From Candidatus Latescibacterota bacterium (lineage in GTDB: Bacteria > Latescibacterota > UBA2968 > UBA8231): 64,000 nucleotides of DNA. The notes beneath the pieces were generated by a model. The model was not told the origin of the DNA. It worked only from the letters and a program-made list of their open reading frames with translations, and did not search any database. The translations under genes and the position numbers were made by a program. Of this stretch, positions 49,307 through 56,164 are shown piece after piece. Position 1 is the first letter of the stretch, and each line of letters opens with the position of its first letter. The stretch lies in contig OZ244561.1 in the NCBI GenBank assembly GCA_965217585.1, positions 768,001-832,000 on the forward strand. The letters run 5' to 3'.

Positions 49307-51412
49307 CTATTCGATTTTGACCATCTTGCGGGTGCGCGTCTGGTCGCCCACCTGCAACCGATACACATAGACCCCAGCGGCAACAGGTTGACCCTGCGCA
49401 TCCCGGCCATCCCAAGTCAGCCGATGCTCGCCAGCCGGCAGCGGCCCCGTCCACACTCGGCGCATCGGCTGCCCCAGGACATTGTAGATGGTTAAGTCCA
49501 CGTTTTTGGCTCCGGCGGGCACGGCCAAGGGGATGGTCGTGGCGGGATTGAACGGATTGGGATAGTTGGCTCCGAGGGCAAAGGTCGTGGGCGTGGCCGT
49601 CTCGACCGTCACGGCTGTGGCCGGGGTGCCTTGGTTGATCAAGACGAAGACGCCACCGAGGCCGCTGGCCGGATTCGTTCCCAGCACGACCAGATCGGTG
49701 TTGCCATCGCCGTTGACATCGCCGGTGAGCACCTGATTGCCCTCGCCTGACAGGGGGTAGTAGCCTTCGAGGACGGGTGCGCCGTTGCGCTGGCCGAGCC
49801 ACACCAATAGAGCCGGACGACCGATGCTCAAGTTGCCAGCGACCATAGCCACATCGAGCACGCCATCACCGTTGAGGTCGCTGGCGGTGGCTTCGTGCGC
49901 TATGAACGCCTTCCAGTCGAGCAAGGAATGGCGTGCCAACACGCCCGAGGCGTCCAGACGCCACAGAGCCAAGCCGTAGTAGTCGGTTTCACCGAACCTA
50001 TCTATGCTCTCAGGGGAGCCGAGTAGGTCCACCATCCCATTGCCGTCGAGATCAGCCAGTAGGTGCAGGGCATAGGGATTGACCCCGGCTTCGAAAGAGC
50101 GCGGTGGTTCTTGGCTGGCGGCCCACGGCCGGGTCAGTTGCCAAAAGTCTTGAGGCTCAAAGCAGCCCCCATTCCACAACAGGCTGGCGGCTTCGCCCAA
50201 GGGTTGGCCGTCGGGCAGATAGGGGCACAGCTTCTCTCTGTCGGGGGAGAATGTATCACTGCTGACAAAATCGTAGCCGTCGTTGCTCCACAAGGTCGCG
50301 TAATACGATTCGCCGTCATACCCCCCGACTAACAGGTCCACATCGCCGTCGCCGTCGCCATCGACCAAGCCAATGGGCCAGACGTCGAACAGTTGCAGAG
50401 CGGGATCAAAGCCGTCGCCCCAGTTGTACCACACTTCGACGATTCCTCTTTCGGCAACGACCAGATCTAGGAGTCCATCGCCGTCGAAGTCGCTTCCCCA
50501 GAGGTCCATGATTGGAAAGGAGTCAAAGGATGCGGTGGTTGAGAGAGTGACCTCTTGGGTGGGTTCAAAGCCGCCTAGCCCGTCGTTGGATGCCACCGTC
50601 CAGCCCAGTTGGCTTTCGCGGTCCACGAGGCGGTCCCAGAGCACCACGAGATCCGCATCGCCATCGCCGTCTACGTCGCCCACCGCACCTTGCGATGCTC
50701 GCCGATAGCTTGGGGTGCCGATGCCCTTTCCGAGCGGAAAAAAGTCGGGGGCGGCGAACAGCGTGCCGGGCGGCTCCAACTCCACACCGATATCCCTAGG
50801 CGACAATTCCCCCTGCGCCAACTCTTCGGCCCCGGTCAGCTGGATCCAGTCTATTTCTAAAAACTTTGGATGGTTATCCACGTCCTGCGAGTCCCGATAT
50901 AACACCATCTCTATATCAAAATTGAAGAGAGTATCCTGCCAGGTGATCTCCCATTCTGTGTCTGCTTCTGCCAAGGCGCGTAGATCTATGGTGATTTCTT
51001 CCCATTCGAGGGGATAGGATTGCCGACGTCCCGTACCAAATACTCTTTTTGTGCCAGAGACAGGGCGGCGTCTTTTCTCGGCATTGGACCAGTTCATCAC
51101 GAATAGTTCCTCGGTGGGGCTATGGTGTATGAGGCGTAGCCGTAGGGTGAGGCGGTCGAACAGGGCCGAGTCTTCCCCGATCAACGGTGAGCGCAATCGA
51201 ACGGTGGGCCTTCGACCGGGCACGGGTGCAATGCGCCAGACGCCATCGACGACTTCGCTCTGTAGTGGGTCTCTATTAATAAAAGTTACATTGCTATGAC
51301 CACTTTCCCGGGCGGTCCAGCCCCAGGTAGAGCCATCGTCGAAATCCCACGTTAGAGCAAAAGCCCCGTGTGGAGCCGCCAAGAAGCCAATAGTGAATAG
51401 CAAGTGGCGCAT
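49307..51412 (-). CDS. FG-GAP + CTD paralogue (copy 6, first in the array)
   Basis: Same architecture, ending ...RKMVKIE. Confidence 0.88.
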   Translation of the reverse strand: MRHLLFTIGFLAAPHGAFALTWDFDDGSTWGWTARESGHSNVTFINRDPLQSEVVDGVWRIAPVPGRRPTVRLRSPLIGEDSALFDRLTLRLRLIHHSPTEELFVMNWSNAEKRRRPVSGTKRVFGTGRRQSYPLEWEEITIDLRALAEADTEWEITWQDTLFNFDIEMVLYRDSQDVDNHPKFLEIDWIQLTGAEELAQGELSPRDIGVELEPPGTLFAAPDFFPLGKGIGTPSYRRASQGAVGDVDGDGDADLVVLWDRLVDRESQLGWTVASNDGLGGFEPTQEVTLSTTASFDSFPIMDLWGSDFDGDGLLDLVVAERGIVEVWYNWGDGFDPALQLFDVWPIGLVDGDGDGDVDLLVGGYDGESYYATLWSNDGYDFVSSDTFSPDREKLCPYLPDGQPLGEAASLLWNGGCFEPQDFWQLTRPWAASQEPPRSFEAGVNPYALHLLADLDGNGMVDLLGSPESIDRFGETDYYGLALWRLDASGVLARHSLLDWKAFIAHEATASDLNGDGVLDVAMVAGNLSIGRPALLVWLGQRNGAPVLEGYYPLSGEGNQVLTGDVNGDGNTDLVVLGTNPASGLGGVFVLINQGTPATAVTVETATPTTFALGANYPNPFNPATTIPLAVPAGAKNVDLTIYNVLGQPMRRVWTGPLPAGEHRLTWDGRDAQGQPVAAGVYVYRLQVGDQTRTRKMVKIE

Positions 51413-51521
51413 GGTACCTCCAGAGTCGAAGAGTGTGCGTTTAGCCGGTCCCCAACGCGGCTCTATGTGGCCGCTGGAGGACGTGACGAATTAATTAGTG
51501 GACCGGATAAGACAGGGTTGG

Positions 51522-51551
51522 CGTAGGGGCGGTCCTCAAGCCGCCCCTACG
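51522..51551. repeat. GTAG-type REP-like hairpin
   Basis: CGTAGGGGCGG-TCCTCAAG-CCGCCCCTACG: 11-bp stem, no U-tract. Confidence 0.6.
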
Positions 51552-51563
51552 GACGAGACGCGA

Positions 51564-52436
51564 TTAACGGGTACCCTCTGAACGCAGCGCTTTGATCCGT
51601 CCCCACGACTGGGCTTCGACACTAGTAGCAGCAGGAAGCACCGGTCGCCAAGCAGGAGAGTGTCCACCTAAGCCGTTGGTCAGGTCGACCCAGTTGTCCC
51701 CGTCTGTATCAGCGGCCCAAATCTCAAACTGACCCATGAAATCGAGAAAACCAGAGAAGGCTATTCTCATGCCATCGGGCGACCAAGTAGGAAACGTTCG
51801 CCAATTTTCGTAGGGTTCGGTGTATATCAGTTTATTCTGGAGTGATTCAGGTAGGAGATAACCTGGGTGCATGTGATCACTGGCACTGGTGCGGATGTAG
51901 AAATTGACATGCTTATGGCCCCCTCCATCCCACAACGAGACGGTTGCTAGTAGGGTTCCGTCTGGAGAAACACCAGGGAGGAAGCGGCTATATACCTCTC
52001 TCCAGTCCACAGGCGACGCGCCACTGCCGTCCAGCGCCGTAACAAACGCATCAGGGCCGTCCCACTCGTCTGGAATCGGCAAAGTCATGACGGCGATATA
52101 GTAAATGTTACTCCCGTCTTCAGACCAAAAAAGCCTCGCTTTATCGACTGCATCGTCTGTCACCTGTTGCGGATTACTGCCGTCGGCATTCATCAACCAG
52201 ATTTCACCACTGGCAATATAGGCGATCTGCGTGCCATCTGGAGACCAAGCCGGGCTAGCGCACTCCCGGCCTTGGGTTAGGTTTATGGGATCGCTCCCAT
52301 CCGCATTCATAATCCACACGTCACCGTACCCCTCGCGGTCGGATATAAATGCGATTTTACCGCCGACTTGCCCCCAGCTAGCCACGGCCAGCCCCAGCGT
52401 TGCCAAGCAGACGATCAGTATCGACCGATAGTTCAT
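51564..52436 (-). CDS. Secreted TolB-like PD40 beta-propeller with a C-terminal TSVExxSWGxIK motif
   Basis: GKIAFISDREG, WIMNADGS, PAWSPDG repeats; tail AATSVEAQSWGRIKAL. Confidence 0.85.
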   Translation of the reverse strand: MNYRSILIVCLATLGLAVASWGQVGGKIAFISDREGYGDVWIMNADGSDPINLTQGRECASPAWSPDGTQIAYIASGEIWLMNADGSNPQQVTDDAVDKARLFWSEDGSNIYYIAVMTLPIPDEWDGPDAFVTALDGSGASPVDWREVYSRFLPGVSPDGTLLATVSLWDGGGHKHVNFYIRTSASDHMHPGYLLPESLQNKLIYTEPYENWRTFPTWSPDGMRIAFSGFLDFMGQFEIWAADTDGDNWVDLTNGLGGHSPAWRPVLPAATSVEAQSWGRIKALRSEGTR

Positions 52437-52599
52437 AACGCATCTCCTTTCAGATGGATGGATTGAGTAAGAAGAGTTCATACACGCATCTCCTTTCAGA
52501 TGGATGGATGGAATATTTGCCCCAAGAGTTGGGGGGTGGCTGCGAGATGATCTGTTGGCGTCGCCTGCACGCTTGGCAACAAGCATCAATTCTATATAT

Positions 52600-52615
52600 A
52601 GCATACTTCGTGCCA
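52600..52615 (-). promoter_or_regulatory. sigma54 (-24/-12) promoter
   Basis: Minus strand TGGCACGAAGTATGCT is GG-N10-GC with TGGCAC, and lies downstream of the bEBP gene. Confidence 0.8.
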
Positions 52616-52630
52616 CACAGCAGATCCCGC

Positions 52631-52665
52631 ACAAAAAAATCCTTTAGGATGGACCCTAAAGGATT
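52631..52665 (-). terminator. Probable intrinsic terminator of the bEBP transcript
   Basis: Minus strand AATCCTTTAGG-GTCCAT-CCTAAAGGATT runs into a T-tract. Confidence 0.55.
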
Positions 52666-52750
52666 GGAAAACATAGTGGTTATATAGCGTGAAACTTCTT
52701 TTTATTAGGCGTGATGTCCGTCGTCGTTACAAGGTGATCTAAAGTAATTC

Positions 52751-52808
52751 CGTATTAAATACGACTTTCCCGTATTAAATACGACTTATTTCGTATTAAA
52801 TACGACTT
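52751..52808. promoter_or_regulatory. Three phased palindromic repeats, probable bEBP upstream activator sites
   Basis: CGTATTAAATACGACTT at 52751, 52771 and 52792 (period 20-21 bp). The core CGTATT-A-AATACG is self-complementary. Confidence 0.7.
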
Positions 52809-52852
52809 AACCCCAACAGCGCCGTGGCTCCGGCCGGCCGCGGCCCTCCCCT

Positions 52853-55800
52853 TTAAGGCCCTTTCTTCGGTCGTCGCAACCCGTACACGCGCATGCGGGA
52901 ACGCAGTCGCTCTGGGTTCATGCCCAACAAGTGCGCCGCCCCCCGCTCTCCATAGATCTTCCCCTCGGCGGCTTGGAGCGCCTCCACGATTTGCTGTTTC
53001 TCGGCCTTGAACTCGGCTTCAACCGGAGCGGCGGCCGGCGGCTCAAGAGGCCCCTCCGTGGCCTCGTCTTCAGCAGCCAGCGGCACATCCTCCACCTGAA
53101 TGACCTCCCCTTGGCATAGCACCACTGCCCGCCGGATCAGATGCTCCAACTCGCGCACATTCCCCGGCCACGCGTACGCCTGCAAATGCTTCACCACTCC
53201 GTCGCCCAAAGCTGGCACGGGTCGCTGCAGACTTTGGGCATACCGGCGCGCAAAATCCGCCGCCAAGACCGGGATATCCTCTCGACGCTCCCGCAGCGGC
53301 GGCAGCTTCACCGGCCACACGCTCAAGCGGTAGAACAGATCTTCCCGGAACGTCCCCGCCCGGATCACCTGTTTCAGATCCTTGTTGGTCGCCGCAATCA
53401 CCCGCACATCCACCGGGATGGACTTCTCGCCGCCGACGCGCGTCAGGTAGCGATTCTCCAGAATGCGGAGCAGTGCCTGTTGGACTTCTAACGACAGATC
53501 GCCGATTTCATCGAGGAACAAGGTGCCGTAGTTAGCTCGTTCAAAACAGCCGATATGCCGCTTCACTGCGCCAGTAAAAGATCCTCGCTCGTGGCCAAAC
53601 AGCTCGCTCTCGATCAGCCCAGCGGGCAGGGAGCCGCAATTGAGCGCGACAAAGGGGTGCCCTCGGCGCTGGCTCAGGTTGTGGATCCTACGAGCGAGTA
53701 CGCCCTTGCCCACCCCAGTCTCGCCTAGCACCAGCATCGTCATATCGGTATCGGCCATCTGCTCGATCCCCTCTAAGAGCTCGGTCATGGCTGGGCTCTG
53801 ACTGAGAAAGTCCTGACCCGCATCCCTCAGCATGTGTTCTAAGCGCTGAAGGCGTACGCTCTTCTCGTCGGCAAACACCTGTACATCGAGAGTGGCGACT
53901 TCCGACATGAGGCCATCCCGATCTAAGGCCCGCACTTCAAAGCGGAATTGGCCAGCCGGTACGCGGTGGTACGACACTCTGTTGGAAGGAGTGAACGCAC
54001 TCCACTCTTCTGCCGGGTCGTAGCCGACGAGCCGATGGCTGTAGCGCATCTGCTCGGCCCCGCTCCGGAAGCTGAGGCCCTGGAAGTGAAACTGAATCTC
54101 GGGGGTGCTATCCGGGCAGGACACGGCTTGGGGCATCTCCAAGAGACGCCCCGCCACGACTTGGCGGATCACGATACCCGGAGGCGTATCGCCAGGCTGG
54201 TACGCAATCAGCCCCGCCCTCGTCCCAAACCACAACCGGCCCCGGCTATCGGGCAGGATGGCCTCGACGATATTCTCCAAGGTAGACTTGCCCAAACGGA
54301 TGCTCTGAAACCCCCGACCATCGTACTTCAGCACGCCCCCACCGCTCGTCCCAATCCACAGACATCCCTGCTGGGGATCAGCTACCAGAGCCAAGATGCT
54401 ATTGACGGAAAGATCGCCTTGGTCCGCCGTAAACCGACGCACCTGCTGAGCGCGGTAGTCAAAGGAGAAAAGGCCGTTGGCCGTCCCGACCCAAAGCGCA
54501 TCTTCATGTTCACACAATGCACTCACATAAGCGACGGTTTCTATCCCGGCCATGTCAGACGCGTGGAAATGGCCGTCTTTGTAATAGTACAGAGCCGGCG
54601 TTGTCCCATAGCTACCGATCCACAAGGTGCCTTCGCTATCCTGCAACGCGACTCGGCAATAATCAGGTCCCTGCTGCTCGGCTATAAAGCGGTCGTCTTC
54701 TATCCTGCCCAAGCATCCCCCGGAAGTGCCGACCCTTATGCGCCCTTCTCGGTCTGGGTACAGCATGATTTCTTCGGCGTTGTGGTCTTTTGCCACCTCG
54801 ATCACTTGGGCCTCTTCCCCCACCCCTTTAATTACTTTGTCCTCGGGGCTCCCGCGCCAGATTTGCCCCTCGCGGTCTATGGCCAACGCCGTGACCTTGT
54901 GCCCGGTCTCCACCGGGCGAATCCGGTCGTCTTCAAGACAGGCTAAGCCCCCCATCGTGCCGATCCAGATCCGGCCTTGGTGATCTTCGCTTAGCTGGTG
55001 GACCCCGCTATCGGGCAGACCGTCGGCTTCGGTGTATAGCTGGACGCTGACCGGATCGCAAAAAACCAGCCCGCCGCCCCAAAGCCCCACCCAGATATTT
55101 CCTTCGCGGTCCGCGTAGGTCAGCCGCGCATCCGAAAAGTGAATATCCGGCAAGCCAGCGGAAAAGGGATGCCACTCCTCTCCGTCGTACACTAGCACGC
55201 CCCGGCGAGTCATCCACAGCCAGCCTCTAGCGTCCAAACGCACATGGCGCGTGCCGTGATTTACGGCCTCCGTCCCTTCGATAGCTGCGTCCGCATTGAT
55301 CAGGTCGAGTTGTTGGCTATCTGGATCATAGCGGCCTATAACGGCTTCGGTGCCAATGTAGCGAAAGGCGATCCACAGCAGGCCGGAGGCGTCTTGGGCG
55401 AATTTCCACGGCCACTGCATCGCGCCGTTCCCCGCACTCATGCGCCGACCGTCTAGGCTAATGACCCCCCACTTCAGCGTCGCCAGCCACGTCGTACCCG
55501 TTGCGTCGGTGGCCATGTCGAACATCCGCCCTATGGGCTGACCCGCAATTTCTGTCACGCGCTCTACGCACCGCCCCTCGGCGAACCAGCCTATTCCTGC
55601 GCTGGTCAGAACCCGTATCGAGCCATCGGCTTGGGATTGCAGGCCCAATATGTCGTTGGAGGGCAGCCCGTGCTCGGTGGTGTACACCTGAAAGCCACGC
55701 TCGTCGTAAGCCGCCAGCCCACCGCCGAGCGTACCGAAGAGCAGTCGCCCGTCTTGGTCCTCGGCAATGGTCATTACCGTGAGAGTGGGTAGTCCATCCG

Positions 55801-56008
55801 ACAGGCCAAAGGTATCGAAATGCGCTCCGTCGAACCGGCTTACGCCGCCGTCGGCCGTGGCGATCCACAGCAGGCCGCGCTGATCTTGGTAGATGTCTTC
55901 CACCTGCATCCCGGCCAGCCCGTCGAAGACGGTGTACTGGTGCCCTAGGATGCGATCAAAGGGCTTTTTCTGTGTTGGGGGGGTTGCGGATTCCCTCGCG
56001 TCGGTCAT
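52853..56008 (-). CDS. sigma54-dependent enhancer-binding protein with N-terminal two-component-regulator propellers and a Y_Y_Y domain
   Basis: QDQRGLLWIAT..GGVSRFDG repeats; YHRVPAGQFRFEVRA (YYY); GETGVGKG, ESELFGHERGSFTGA, LFLDEIG, FREDLFYRL and WPGNVRELE; Fis-type HTH. Confidence 0.93.
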   Translation of the reverse strand: MTDARESATPPTQKKPFDRILGHQYTVFDGLAGMQVEDIYQDQRGLLWIATADGGVSRFDGAHFDTFGLSDGLPTLTVMTIAEDQDGRLLFGTLGGGLAAYDERGFQVYTTEHGLPSNDILGLQSQADGSIRVLTSAGIGWFAEGRCVERVTEIAGQPIGRMFDMATDATGTTWLATLKWGVISLDGRRMSAGNGAMQWPWKFAQDASGLLWIAFRYIGTEAVIGRYDPDSQQLDLINADAAIEGTEAVNHGTRHVRLDARGWLWMTRRGVLVYDGEEWHPFSAGLPDIHFSDARLTYADREGNIWVGLWGGGLVFCDPVSVQLYTEADGLPDSGVHQLSEDHQGRIWIGTMGGLACLEDDRIRPVETGHKVTALAIDREGQIWRGSPEDKVIKGVGEEAQVIEVAKDHNAEEIMLYPDREGRIRVGTSGGCLGRIEDDRFIAEQQGPDYCRVALQDSEGTLWIGSYGTTPALYYYKDGHFHASDMAGIETVAYVSALCEHEDALWVGTANGLFSFDYRAQQVRRFTADQGDLSVNSILALVADPQQGCLWIGTSGGGVLKYDGRGFQSIRLGKSTLENIVEAILPDSRGRLWFGTRAGLIAYQPGDTPPGIVIRQVVAGRLLEMPQAVSCPDSTPEIQFHFQGLSFRSGAEQMRYSHRLVGYDPAEEWSAFTPSNRVSYHRVPAGQFRFEVRALDRDGLMSEVATLDVQVFADEKSVRLQRLEHMLRDAGQDFLSQSPAMTELLEGIEQMADTDMTMLVLGETGVGKGVLARRIHNLSQRRGHPFVALNCGSLPAGLIESELFGHERGSFTGAVKRHIGCFERANYGTLFLDEIGDLSLEVQQALLRILENRYLTRVGGEKSIPVDVRVIAATNKDLKQVIRAGTFREDLFYRLSVWPVKLPPLRERREDIPVLAADFARRYAQSLQRPVPALGDGVVKHLQAYAWPGNVRELEHLIRRAVVLCQGEVIQVEDVPLAAEDEATEGPLEPPAAAPVEAEFKAEKQQIVEALQAAEGKIYGERGAAHLLGMNPERLRSRMRVYGLRRPKKGP

Positions 56009-56053
56009 CTCCGCCCTCTCTTTTCTAAGTGGTCCGTCGGGCCCGACAAGGCA

Positions 56054-56083
56054 TTGACAAGCTTCGGCTGGAAAACATAGGTT
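56054..56083 (+). promoter_or_regulatory. Possible sigma70 promoter for the DUF6785-like gene
   Basis: TTGACA (56054-56059), 18-bp spacer, TAGGTT. Confidence 0.4.
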
Positions 56084-56164
56084 GGGACAAAGATAGGCCA
56101 GGGCTTGGCCTCCACAAAATCCCCGTGCTCAGCCCACCGAGCGACTGCAATCTAGGCATCCGGC

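Noticed and set aside
34694-51412. Diversity-generating retroelement
   Set aside because: No reverse transcriptase or TR/VR pair is seen. Loop differences between copies 5 and 6 include indels and non-adenine changes. A trans-acting DGR elsewhere cannot be excluded.
52656-52670. IHF site between the UAS and the sigma54 promoter
   Set aside because: The best match (TAAAGGATTGGAA) has two mismatches to YAANNNNTTGATW, too weak to call.
52751-52808. Mini CRISPR array
   Set aside because: Repeats are 17 bp with only 3-4 bp between them. There are no spacers or cas genes, and the position fits a UAS.
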